From positions 288,001 through 352,000 of the forward strand of contig CAVVTZ010000011.1 of NCBI GenBank assembly GCA_963751275.1: a stretch of 64,000 nucleotides of DNA, in the 5' to 3' direction. This document shows, piece by piece, positions 36,146-52,008 of this stretch. Source of the stretch: an uncultured Gemmatimonadaceae bacterium. GTDB lineage: Bacteria > Gemmatimonadota > Gemmatimonadetes > Gemmatimonadales > Gemmatimonadaceae. Positions within the stretch are counted from its first letter, which is position 1; each line of letters opens with the position of its first letter. The notes under the pieces are model-generated. The model did no database searches. It was not told the origin of the DNA and worked only from the letters and a program-made list of their open reading frames with translations. The position numbers and the translations under genes were made by a program.

Positions 36146-37386
36146 TCGTGCCGGATCGCCTCGAGCGGATAGAGTCGCGCCGCCTGGATCGCCGGATACA
36201 CGGTGGCCACGACGGCGATCGCCACGCTCGCGAGGATGATCCACGCCACGTCGAACGGCGTGATCCGTACGGGCAGGTGATCGATGAAATATACCTGCGG
36301 GTCCAGGCTGATGAGCTTCGCGCGGTCGATGAGCTCGCCGGCCGCGATGCCGAGGGTCGCACCGAGCAGCGTGCCGGCCGCGCCGATCACGATCCCCTGC
36401 AAGAGGAACACCCGCCGCACCACGGCGGCGCGCATCCCCATCGCCTTGAGGATCCCGATCTCGCGGGTCTTGTCCTTCACGACCATCGTGAGCGTGCTCA
36501 CGACGTTGAACGCCGCCACGAGCATGATCAGCAGCAGAATGAAGCGCATGCCGAGCTTCTCGAGCTTTAGCGCCTGGAAGAGCTGTGCGTTCTGCTCCTC
36601 CCAGTCCTGCACGCGGTACGGGTAGCCGAGCTTGTCCTGCAGCTTCGCGGCGAGATCCGGCGCCTGGAACCGGTCGGCCGCCTTGACCTCGATCCCCGTC
36701 ACCGCGCCGCCCAGCCCCGCGAACTCCTGCGCCACATCGAGCGCGACGTACACGTAGGCGTTGTCGTACTCGTACATGCCGCTGCGGAAGACGCCGGTCA
36801 CTTCCAGGCGCGTGAGCTTGGGCACGATCCCGCCTACCGCCGCATTGAACTTGGGCGACGCGGTGATCAGCGTGATCGTGTCGCCCGGATAGGCGTTGAG
36901 GCGCTCCGCGAACCGTCGGCCGAGCACCGCGCCGCGGAACTTCCCGTCGGAACTCGCGAACTGGAAATTCCCCTGCACCGCGTACTTCCGGATGTCGGTC
37001 ACCGGCTGCAGCACGCGCAATTCCGGTTCGATCCCCGAGACGAACACGCCCTCGAAGTAGTCGTGCCCCGAGGTCGCGAGACCCTGCGTGAGCACGAATG
37101 GCGCCGCCGCGACGACGCCGGGCTGCGCCCGCACGGTGTCGAGCGCACCTTCCCAGTGTTCGAGGCGCAGATTCTCGCCGAAGCTCAGCACGCGCAGGTC
37201 GGGCGAGCCGATCAGGATCTTCTCGCGCAGACTCCCTCTGCATCCCCGTCATCACGCCGTTGATCACGATCAGCGCCGCGACGCCCACCACGATCCCGCC
37301 GATCGCGATCGCGCTGATGAACGAGAAGAGCCGCGAGGTGCCACGGCTCCGCAGGTACCGCCACGCGATGGCGAATTCCAGCCGCG

Positions 37387-37390
<4 letters not shown>
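36142..37390 (-). CDS. Lipoprotein-releasing ABC transporter permease LolC/E (indel near 37230)
   Basis: [26 protein letters not shown] and YPAIQAARL. Confidence 0.92.
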
Positions 37391-38903
<1,513 letters not shown>

Positions 38904-38907
<4 letters not shown>

Positions 38908-40023
38908 CCGCGGCGTGTCGTCGCTCCGCCCTCGCTTAGGTACGCCTCGATGAACGGATCGATCGCCCCGTCCATCACCTTCTGCACATCCGGATCTTCA
39001 GCTCGGTGCGGTGGTCGTTCACCATCGTGTACGGCTGGAAGACGTAGCTGCGGATCTGGCTGCCGAACGAGACGTCGGCTCTTGGTGGCGTCGAGCTTCG
39101 CGCGCTTCTTCTCGCCTGCTCCTCCACCTCGCGCTGGTACAGCCGGTTCTTCAGCATCTTCATCGCCGTCGCCTTGTTCTTGCACTGCGACCGCTCCTGC
39201 TGGCACGTCACCACGATGCCCGATGGGATGTGCGTGAGGCGCACCGCCGAGCTCGTCTTGTTGACGTGCTGACCGCCCGCGCCCGACGCGCGGAACACAT
39301 CCATCCGGATGTCCTCGTCGCTGAGTTCGATGTTGATCTCGTCGTCCACCACGGGATACACGAACACCGACGCGAAGCTCGTGTGGCGCCGCGCCTGCGA
39401 ATCGAACGGCGAGATCCGCACCAGGCGGTGCACGCCCGCCTCCGCGCCGCAGGAATCCGTACGCGTACGGGCCGTTGATCTCGAGCATCGCGCCCTTGAT
39501 GCCCGCTTCCTCGCCCTCGCTCAGGTCGAGCACTTCCACTGAGAAGCCGCGCCGCTCCGCCCACCGCGTGTACATGCGCATGAGCATCTGCGCCCAGTCC
39601 TGCGCCTCGGTGCCGCCGGCGCCGGCGCTGATCTCCAGCATCGCGTCGCGGTGATCGTCGGGACCCTGCATGAGAGCGCGCAACTCCAGCGCCGGCACCT
39701 CGGACTCGAGCGCCTCGATGTCGCGGTCCAACTCGCCGGCCATCTCCTCATCCGGCTCGGCCGCGAGCAACTCCTCCATCTCGACATCCGACTTCACGCG
39801 AGCGCTCAGCCGGTCGTACGGCTCGAGCCAGCCTTTGATCGCGTTCGCTTGCGCGATCACTCCGCGCGCGCGCTCCTGATCGTTCCAGAAACCATCGGCG
39901 GCCATGCGCGCTTCCAATTCGCCGAGCGCACCCCGCTTCGCGTCGAGGTCAAAGATACCCCCTTAGCTCAGCGAGCCGCTCTTCGTGTCTCTTCAATCGG
40001 CGCGCACGTTCGGTCTCGGCCAT
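38904..40023 (-). CDS. prfB: Peptide chain release factor 2 (programmed +1 frameshift plus extra indels)
   Basis: [16 protein letters not shown] (SPF), [10 protein letters not shown] and a short first ORF ending RGYL-stop. Confidence 0.96.
39948..39963 (-). promoter_or_regulatory. prfB programmed +1 ribosomal frameshift site
   Basis: AGGGGG-TAT-CTT-TGA-C: internal SD plus the slippery CTT TGA C. Confidence 0.95.
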
Positions 40024-40142
40024 GGCTCTCGCGTGGGTACATGGAAAAGGAACGAGCCGCCAAGCCAAGCCAGCGCCCGACGGCTCGCCAACACCTGACA
40101 ATATAAGGAGTTGAGCGCCCGGAATAAAGGACAATCTGATGG

Positions 40143-40200
40143 TCTAACGGCTAACGTCGCTCTCTTGTTCTAACGGCTAACGTCGACGTCGGCCGTTAGA
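40143..40200. repeat. Two 17-bp direct repeats plus a partial inverted copy
   Basis: TCTAACGGCTAACGTCG at 40143-40159 and 40169-40185; GCCGTTAGA at 40192-40200. Confidence 0.85.
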
Positions 40201-41132
40201 AGACCTTCGCGCCATGCGCAAGAACGTCATTCAACGCATCCTGGAAATGCGTCGTTGAGTCCGCGAATTCCTTCCCCATCTGGTCCATGTATTCCTCGTA
40301 GCTCTTCTTGATCTCCTCGCGGAAGAGCTCACGGAGCGTGCCGTTCTTCACGCCCTCCTGATGCTTCTCGGGAAAGTACGCGACAATGTCCGATACCAGC
40401 GCGCGCGCCAGCCGCTTCGCCTTCTGGTTCGGGTCGTTGGCCAGGAACGGGTTGATCGGCGCGCGCGCACCGCTGACGGCGGCCGTGGTGCGCTGGCCGG
40501 GTCCGCTCGTGCGTGCCGGCGCGGGCGGAGCGACGGGCGCGGCGGGCGGCGGGGCGACCGGAGCGACCGGCATGACGGGCGCCATCGGTGCCGCGGCCGC
40601 GGGCGGCGCCGCGACAGGCGCATTCATCCGGAACGGTGGCGGGACCGCGGGCGCGGCGGGCGGCGCCACGGACGCGGTCGCCGGCGGCGCCATCGGGCGC
40701 GGCGCGGCGGGACGCACCTGCGTTGGCATCGGCGCGGCCGCGCGCGGCTGCGGGCGCGCGATGAACGCGGGCGTTTCGACGGGCGGACGCGGCGCAGGCA
40801 TCGCCGGTGCGGCCGGCGGCGCAGGCGGCGCCTGCGGCACCGGTGCGCGCACCGGCACCGAGAACCTCGGCGCCGCGGGTGCAGCGGGCGCCGCTGGCGC
40901 CGCGGGTGCGGCCGGCGACGCCGCGAGGCCCGGCCGAGCTTGCGCTGGCGCGGGGATCCCCGCGCCGAATCCGCTCATCGCGGCCGCCGCGTTCCCGCCA
41001 AGACTGGATCCGGAATCGCCGATCGCGATCACGCCGCCGCATACCGAGCAGCGCGCGCGCACCCCGCCCAACGGGATCTTGGCGGGGTCCACGCGGAAGA
41101 TCGAACCGCACTCGCGGACAAATGACGTTCAT
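40196..41132 (-). CDS. MJ0042-type zinc-ribbon protein with a long Pro/Ala linker and helical C-terminal domain (indel near 41115)
   Basis: MNVICPECGSIFRVDPAKIP...ARCSVCG when read across the frame change; C-terminal AKRLARALVSDI...EEIKKSYEEY. Confidence 0.82.
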
Positions 41133-41158
41133 CGCTCTCTCAGCCGTCTCGCTTCAGC

Positions 41159-42128
41159 TCAGCGTTCGGACGCGCCCACCGGCGCGCCCACGATCGGATC
41201 ATGCCGCCGGTCGACCACGTACACCGAGCCCGGCAGCGTCTTCGCATAACTCTTCATTTCCGTCGCCAGCTCGCTCACCTGCGCCGGATGCGTGAACGCG
41301 CGGCGCTCATTCGTCACCACCCCGATCGAAACCGTCATCAGCGGCACGCGATGCAGCTGGCCGCGCCGGTCCTTCCCGAAGAAATATCCAGCCAAACGGT
41401 CCTGTTCGGAATACTGGCACGGCACGAGCGCATCGAAGATCGAGACGATCTCCTGGCAGATCTCCGGCGCCGAGCGCACCGGCACGATGAGAGATGAAGT
41501 CGTCGCCCCCGATGTGCCCCACGAATCCGTCCTCCGGACAATAGCCGCGGGCGACGTCGTGCAGGATCTTCGCCAGGATCCGGATGACGCGATCGCCTTC
41601 ATAATAGCTATAGCGGTCGTTGTATTCCTTGAAATGATCCAGGTCGGCATAACATGCCGCGAACGTCTCCCCCGCCGCCAGTCTCCGGCCGATCTCGGCC
41701 TCGATCTCAGGCGCGCCCGGCAGGCGCGTGGAGGGATGCACGTGCACGTCGCGGTCCGCCCGGCGGAGCATGACGTCCAGCCGCAGCACGGCTTCGTCGC
41801 CCGGCGTGCCGGGGAGGAGCACTTCATCGGCGCCGGCCTGGAAGGCGGCGGCGAGCGCCGCACCGCCGTCGGCGGCGAGCACGCCGCCAGGCACCACACC
41901 CGTGTAGGGATCGCCCTTCAGCCGGCGGCAGGCGGTGAGCGCCGCGTCCGGCACCGTGCGCGCATCGAACACGACCACCGAGGGGCGGCCACGGAGCGCC
42001 ATCGCCATAAGGTCGTCCACCCGTTGGCAGACGACCATGCCCAGAGCACGCGACTCGAACCACCCACGCAGATATTCGGGTGGCGTCGTCGCGTCCGGGG
42101 AGAAGTACACGGCGTGGGGCTGGGCCAC
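41159..42128 (-). CDS. Receiver-like domain + GGDEF diguanylate cyclase (indel near 41490)
   Basis: DLDHFKEYND...GD, GHIGGDDF, MTVSIGV and KSYAK; N-terminal CheY-like region. Confidence 0.88.
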
Positions 42129-42220
42129 GCTAGGCGGTCCTCGGGGCGAAAGGCGTCAGTGGTCCGGCCGCCGCTGTAAGTCCAAGAGTGGCTTGCAAGT
42201 CGGCTGGTATACGTGGACGA

Positions 42221-43273
42221 CTAGAAAAAGTAGAACGCAACCCCGAGCACCGAATAGACGAGCAGCAGGAACGCACCCTCCAGCCAGTTCGATTCCCCAT
42301 CCTGCACGATCACCGACGCGATCCACACCGCGAGCGCCACGCTCGCCACCTCGAACACCGAGAACGCGAGGTCCATCGGCTGGCCGAACATGAGCCCGGC
42401 GAATACCAGCAGCGGGGCGACGAGCAGCGCCACCTGCACCGTGGAGCCGAGCGCGATGCCGATCGCGAGGTCCATCCGGTTCCGGGTGGCCATGATCACC
42501 GCCGTGCTGTGCTCGGCGGCGTTGCCGATGATCGGCACCAGCACGATGCCGACGAAGAATTCCGAGAGCCCGGTGGCCGCCACGGCACCGCGCGTGGCGC
42601 CGACGAGCAACTCGGACATCCAGGCGAGCCCGGCCGACACCGCCACCAGCACGACGACCGTCCGGCGCAGCGACCATTCCGGCGCGTGCTCCCCGCCCGA
42701 GACCTCCCCGCCCGCCCCGAATGCGGCGCGGTGCGTGCCCATGGAATAGACCAGCGAGAGCGCGTACCCGATCACGAGGAGTGCGGCGACGAATTCCGAC
42801 ATCTTCACCGTGAGCCGGTGCGTCGGATCGGGATGCGACAGGTGGAAGAGCGCCGGCACGACGAGCCCCACCACGGCGACGACGAGCAACGACGTGTTCA
42901 TCCCGGCGAGCTGCCGGCTGAAGCGCTGCGTCTGGAACTTGAGACCGCCGGCGAACTGCGCGGCGCCGAGCACCAACAACAGATTCCCGAGGATCGAACC
43001 GGTGATCGACGCCTTGACGAGATCGACCATGCCCGCGCGCAGCGCGAGCACGCCGATGATGAGTTCCGCGAGATTGCCGAGCGACGCGTTGAGTACACCG
43101 CCCACCAGCGGGCCCGCGTGCCCCGCGAGCTCCTCGGTGGCGTCGCCCAGCAGCGCCGAGAGGGGGACGATGGCCAACGCGCTCACCGCGAACACGGCGA
43201 TCGGCGAGGCGCCGAACCATTGGGCGGCGATCGCGACCGGGATGAGCGCGAGGAGCCAACGGACGGGTCTCAC
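42221..43273 (-). CDS. Calcium/proton exchanger (CaCA family)
   Basis: GNLAELI and GNAAEH alpha repeats, GSILGNLLL and SNWLEG. Confidence 0.93.
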   Translation of the reverse strand: MRPVRWLLALIPVAIAAQWFGASPIAVFAVSALAIVPLSALLGDATEELAGHAGPLVGGVLNASLGNLAELIIGVLALRAGMVDLVKASITGSILGNLLLVLGAAQFAGGLKFQTQRFSRQLAGMNTSLLVVAVVGLVVPALFHLSHPDPTHRLTVKMSEFVAALLVIGYALSLVYSMGTHRAAFGAGGEVSGGEHAPEWSLRRTVVVLVAVSAGLAWMSELLVGATRGAVAATGLSEFFVGIVLVPIIGNAAEHSTAVIMATRNRMDLAIGIALGSTVQVALLVAPLLVFAGLMFGQPMDLAFSVFEVASVALAVWIASVIVQDGESNWLEGAFLLLVYSVLGVAFYFF

Positions 43274-43298
43274 GCGCGACGGATCCCGGCGCCCCGGC

Positions 43299-43466
43299 TC
43301 ACAGCGGCGCGGCCTCGTCGATCAGCATGATGGGGATCCCGTCGCGCACCGGGTACTTGAGGCGGCAGGCCGGGCACACGAGGGCCGGCTCGGCGGCGCG
43401 GAATTCCAGTTCGCCCCGGCACTTCGGGCACACCAGGAGTTCCAGCAATTGCGGCGGCAGCGTCAT
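43299..43466 (-). CDS. Trm112/YcaR family small protein
   Basis: [10 protein letters not shown]...[16 protein letters not shown]. Confidence 0.9.
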   Translation of the reverse strand: MTLPPQLLELLVCPKCRGELEFRAAEPALVCPACRLKYPVRDGIPIMLIDEAAPL

Positions 43467-43471
43467 GGGGC

Positions 43472-44344
43472 TCACTCCTCCGGCATCGCGTAGCCGAACC
43501 GGCGCAGCGCGTTCTGGTCGCGCCGCCAGTTCGGGAGCACCTTCACCCACAGGTCGAGATAGATCTTCTCGTCGATGAGCGTCTCGATCTTCGCGCGGGC
43601 CGTCACGCCGATCGCGCGAATGCGGGCGCCCTTGTCCCCGATGACGATCGCCTTCTGGCTGTCGCGTTCGACATAGAGGACCGCACGAATGTACACCGGT
43701 TTGGGTTCCTCGCGGAACTCCTCGATCTCGCAGGCCACGGAGTACGGCACTTCCTCCTCGAGCTGTTCGAGGGCGGTCTCGCGGATGAGCTCGGCGGCGA
43801 AGAAGCGCACTGGCTGCGCCGCGACGTCATCGGCGGGATAGAGGAACGGGCCTTCGGGGAGCGCGGCCGTGATCGCGGCGAGGAGATCTTCTATGCCGTG
43901 GCCGGTGCGCGCGGAGACGAGGACGGCGCCGGGATTCTGCTCGGCGAGCTTCGCGCGGGCGTTGGCGTCGAGCGTGTCGCACTTGTTGAGCACCGTGATG
44001 ACGGGCGCGCGCGGCGGGCGTTCGAGCCCCGCGGCGGCCTCGAGCGGGGCCGGCGTGCCGTGGCGCGCGTCGGCCAGGTAGACGATGACGTCGGCGTCGG
44101 TGATGGCGCGAACGGCGGTGCGGCGCATGGCGTGCTGGAGCGGATATTCGGGATCGAGGAGGCCGGGCGCATCGACGAGCACCATTTGCGCATCGCCCGC
44201 GGTGTGCAGCCCGAGGACGCGGGCGCGCGTGGACTGCACTTTGGCGCTGGTGATGGAGAGTTTCTGCCCGACGAGCTTGTTGAGGAGCGTGGATTTTCCG
44301 GCGTTGGGTTTGCCGGCGATGGCGACGAAGCCGGAGCGGGTCAT
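43472..44344 (-). CDS. era: GTPase Era
   Basis: [25 protein letters not shown] and a KH domain ending LWVKV. Confidence 0.95.
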   Translation of the reverse strand: MTRSGFVAIAGKPNAGKSTLLNKLVGQKLSITSAKVQSTRARVLGLHTAGDAQMVLVDAPGLLDPEYPLQHAMRRTAVRAITDADVIVYLADARHGTPAPLEAAAGLERPPRAPVITVLNKCDTLDANARAKLAEQNPGAVLVSARTGHGIEDLLAAITAALPEGPFLYPADDVAAQPVRFFAAELIRETALEQLEEEVPYSVACEIEEFREEPKPVYIRAVLYVERDSQKAIVIGDKGARIRAIGVTARAKIETLIDEKIYLDLWVKVLPNWRRDQNALRRFGYAMPEE

Positions 44345-44367
44345 TCTGGGAATATAGGGGCGGACGT

Positions 44368-44442
44368 CGACTGACGATTGACGACTGACGACTGCGGAGA
44401 ACTCACGCGCAGTTCGCCGGCGTCAGGCGTCAGTCGTCAGTC
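44368..44442. repeat. Heptamer tandem repeats in inverted arrangement
   Basis: About four CGACTGA-like units facing about three complementary CGTCAGT-like units. Confidence 0.75.
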
Positions 44443-44456
44443 TGCCGTTGTCGTTG

Positions 44457-44499
44457 AAAAAAAGAACCCCGGATGAGAGAAGATCTCGACCCGGGGTTC
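44457..44499 (-). terminator. rRNA operon terminator
   Basis: gaaccccgg/ccggggttc stem followed by T7 on the minus strand, directly after the 5S gene. Confidence 0.85.
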
Positions 44500-44506
44500 C
44501 AAGGAG

Positions 44507-44624
44507 TGCCGGCGACGGCCTACTCTCCCGCGCTCTCTCGATCGGAGTACCATCGGCGCTGTAGGGCTTAACGATCGTGTTCGGAATGGGAACGAGTGTG
44601 GCCCCTACGCTCTAGTCGCCAGCG
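44507..44624 (-). rRNA. rrf: 5S rRNA
   Basis: CCCATTCCGAAC and GATGGTACT...GGGAGAGTAGG conserved segments. Confidence 0.95.
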
Positions 44625-44747
44625 ATCATCTATGGAGTACGGATGACAGCGCTGTAGAAGAATACGGAATGGTGTAGATCGTGGGTAAGAAAATCGTCCT
44701 CGTATAGATCATGCGTTGCTCTGCGTGATTGCCAATTAAATGGGGAG

Positions 44748-47734
<2,987 letters not shown>

Positions 47735-47827
47735 CAAATTCGTCTTACAAAGCACGCGCGTTCTATCTCGAGTGACGAAATTACAAAGTCGTCTTGTGAT
47801 GATTCGCTTCCCACGATCTACACCACT

Positions 47828-47845
47828 TCGATTGTCAAAGAGCGT
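47828..47845 (-). promoter_or_regulatory. Spacer boxA antitermination element
   Basis: ACGCTCTTTGACAATCGA, near-identical to the leader copy. Confidence 0.7.
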
Positions 47846-47999
47846 GACACGCGCGCCGGCGTCCCGCGGGGCGCGCGGACAGTGCAGCATCGGAATCGGA
47901 AATCGAGAGAGGTGCGAACGAGGCGGGCGACTTACCAGAGGCCTTTCGTCCGAGCTCATCCGACGCTTTCGCGCGGATGGCCGGCCTACTCGTCGCTCC

Positions 48000-49537
<1,538 letters not shown>

Positions 49538-49691
49538 TAGTTTTGAAGATTTGAAAGGCTCTTCGAAACGCCGTCACGCTGTCGCGTGACAGCGTATCCG
49601 AATCACTTTGATTGTTCAGGTTGAACTCTCCCCCGCGCCCTGAAATAGCCCGGGATCAATGAGTTCGCCTCGCACAACCGTTCTCTCGTTT

Positions 49692-49709
49692 TCGATTGTC
49701 AAACAGCGT
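49692..49709 (-). promoter_or_regulatory. rrn leader boxA
   Basis: ACGCTGTTTGACAATCGA upstream of the 16S gene. Confidence 0.65.
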
Positions 49710-49748
49710 CATTGCAAATTTTCGGTGTCGTTTTCACGACAGCCTCTC

Positions 49749-49778
49749 AACTTAAACCGCGTGCTCCCGATCGGTCAA
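49749..49778 (-). promoter_or_regulatory. rRNA operon sigma70 promoter
   Basis: TTGACC-N18-TAAGTT just upstream of boxA. Confidence 0.6.
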
Positions 49779-49918
49779 GGCTTTAGCGAAACTTTCCGTC
49801 GCCGACCCGATCTCCCCTCACCCAGAGCCACTCGCGATTGCGAGCAACAAAAATGCGGTGAGAGCCAAGCAATGTACGCGCAAATCCCGAAGGTGTCAAT
49901 GGTCGCATCCCTCGGACT

Positions 49919-50416
49919 TCACTGCGTCGGCGCCGCGAAATTGCCGCACGCCACGGTCGTCTCACCATTCGCCGCCGACGCACGGACGCTCACGTAGTAG
50001 TACCCGCTCACCGGCGTATCGAGCGCGACGGTCGCCGTCGAGGAACCCTTCCCCTCGCTGCCGACCGTGATCGGCGCGTAGTTCGCCTGCACGCCGTAGA
50101 CGCCATCGTCCGATCCGCACTGCCCCATGTGCACGGCCCACGGATGCACGCCGCCCGGCGTCGAGTTCGCGACGTTGAGCACGAGTTCAGTGGTCCCGCT
50201 CTTCTTGCCCGGCGTCATCGACGCCGTCCCGGTCATCTGCACCACGCCGGCGAGTTCGGCGGGACTCGCGATCGACGCGTGCCACCGCGCGTTCACGTTC
50301 ACATCCTTCGCGCTCACCGTCACGGCGGGTTTCGATTGGAAGGCGCTGCAGGCGGCGAGCGCCAGCGAGGCGGCCAGCGCGAATGCCGCGGGCGCCAGGG
50401 GTCGGCGAAAATTCAT
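49919..50416 (-). CDS. Lipoprotein with a Cu/Zn-SOD-like or CHRD-like beta domain
   Basis: Lipobox LAAC, HPWAVHMGQCG and C-terminal TVACGN. Confidence 0.7.
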   Translation of the reverse strand: MNFRRPLAPAAFALAASLALAACSAFQSKPAVTVSAKDVNVNARWHASIASPAELAGVVQMTGTASMTPGKKSGTTELVLNVANSTPGGVHPWAVHMGQCGSDDGVYGVQANYAPITVGSEGKGSSTATVALDTPVSGYYYVSVRASAANGETTVACGNFAAPTQ

Positions 50417-50497
50417 GGGATCTCCGGAATGTTCGAGGGGCGCCGCCTCGTTGCTGCCCGAGCGCGGCACGTCCGGTGGAAGGGAGAGGATCACCCA

Positions 50498-50545
50498 TTG
50501 TCCAAACGGATAACACATATTAACATATATTGGACATTAGGTCAA
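50498..50545. promoter_or_regulatory. Two candidate TetR operators in a divergent intergenic region
   Basis: Imperfect 16-bp palindromes TTGTCCAAACGGATAA (50498-50513) and TTGGACATTAGGTCAA (50530-50545). Confidence 0.55.
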
Positions 50546-50558
50546 CAGGAGAACGCGC

Positions 50559-51158
50559 ATGCCCGGCAAGAAAGCCCCCGAAGAGACGCGCCGCGAACAG
50601 ATCCTCGCCGCCGCGTACGACGTCGCCTCCCATAAGGGGATCGACGGACTCACGGTCCGCGCCGTGGCCGCCAAGGCGAAACTCAGCCACGGACTCGTCA
50701 TCTTCCACTTCAAACGGAAGGACCAGCTCCTGAGCGCGCTGCTCGAGCGCCTCCTCGCGTCCACGTCGGAGCTGCACGAGGCGCCCGCCATCGCCCGCAT
50801 CGCGGCGCCCCTCGAGCGGCTGCGTGCCCTGCTCCACCAGGAGATGGACCGGCTCGGCAACGATCCGCGCCGCGTTCGCCTCTTCTACGACTATTGGGTG
50901 CTCGGCACCCGGAACGCGCGTATCGGTGCGCGCATCGGCGCCGAACTCGAACGCTACCGCCAGTCGTTCCGCGCGATCATCGCCGACGTGATCCGCGCCG
51001 ACCCCAACCGCTTCCCGCAGGTGACGACCGAGGGACTCGCCGCCGTCATCGTCAGCTTCATCAACGGCTGCGCCGTGCAAGCCATGATCGATCCGAAGCA
51101 TTTCGATCTCGCGGAGTACCTCGCCGCCGCGGACGGTCTGCTCGGCCGGCTCGCGTAG
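50559..51158 (+). CDS. TetR/AcrR family regulator (BetI-like)
   Basis: RREQILAAA...GLTVRAVAAKAKLSHGLVIFHFKRKDQL HTH and an AGGAG SD. Confidence 0.93.
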   Translation: MPGKKAPEETRREQILAAAYDVASHKGIDGLTVRAVAAKAKLSHGLVIFHFKRKDQLLSALLERLLASTSELHEAPAIARIAAPLERLRALLHQEMDRLGNDPRRVRLFYDYWVLGTRNARIGARIGAELERYRQSFRAIIADVIRADPNRFPQVTTEGLAAVIVSFINGCAVQAMIDPKHFDLAEYLAAADGLLGRLA

Positions 51159-51190
51159 CGGCGACGTTCCTCGTGCCTCGTTCCGAAAAC

Positions 51191-51227
51191 GAAGCCGCTC
51201 CGGGAGACCATCGCCCGGAGCGGCTTC
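51191..51227. terminator. Bidirectional terminator hairpin
   Basis: Perfect 14-bp stem gaagccgctccggg/cccggagcggcttc between convergent genes. Confidence 0.75.
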
Positions 51228-51263
51228 TTCGTCCCGCCTCGCGCGCGAGGCGCGGCGCGTCCG

Positions 51264-51804
51264 CTACTTCGGCGCCGGCTGGCTCGACGGCGGCACCATG
51301 CCGAGCATGCGGATATACGTCACCATGTTCCCATAGTGCTCGTTGTCGTGCGCGGTGTTCTCGAGCACGGCCCACATGCCATTCACATCCATCCCGAACA
51401 TCTTGAACTGCCGCTTCATCGCGTCGGCATCGTGCATTGCGTACGCCTTCTGGCAGTACTCCGTGCTCGCCTTGAGCGCGGCGATGAGCGCGGTCTTGGT
51501 CGTCACGGTCTTCTCCACGTCGCCCTCGGCCGATGGCTTCTCGCCGAGCGCGGCGGCACAGAACATGTGCTGCGAGCCGGCGACGTGGCCGATGAGCTGG
51601 CCGAACGACCGCACGGTGGGCACCGGCTTGTAGGCGTAGAGCGACTCGGGCATCTGCTCGGCGGCCGTCGTGATGTATCCGATCGTGTTCATCCAGATCG
51701 TCTTGTCATTCGCGATCGCGGAGGGCGAGGCGGGAGCGACGGCGCGGGGCGCCGCCGCACCCAGGAGGGCGGCAAGGGACAGCAGCGAGAATGGTACGCA
51801 TCAT
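51264..51804 (-). CDS. Secreted DinB/YfiT family protein (indel in the signal peptide region)
   Basis: AEQMPE..Y.YKP...VRSFGQLIGH, HDNEHYGN..TY.R..G.VPPSS. Confidence 0.85.
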
Positions 51805-52008
51805 GACAACGTGCCTCCGTTGAGTGGGCCCTCTGCGTGAGGGGATCACTGCGAGGGGTGGACCGGGATCATCTCCGCACAAGTATGCGATAGCGGGCGA
51901 GGGGGCGCTATCCGGACGCGACATCACGCTGCCCACTGGTGGCGCGGCGCCCGGGTGCGCCCGATACTTCCACGGCCCGATCGGACCACCCATGCTCCGG
52001 AGATCCCT

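Noticed and set aside
40143..40200. Possible mini-CRISPR array
   Set aside because: Only two 17-bp repeats with a 9-bp spacer, and no cas genes.
41159..42128. Hypr-type cGAMP synthase
   Set aside because: The specificity position retains Asp (YYEGD) rather than the Ser of Hypr GGDEF enzymes.
49635..49644. GCGCCCTGAA match to the tRNA-Lys 3' end as a possible att site
   Set aside because: Only 10 bp, GC-rich, inside the rrn leader downstream of its promoter, and with no integrase nearby; likely chance.
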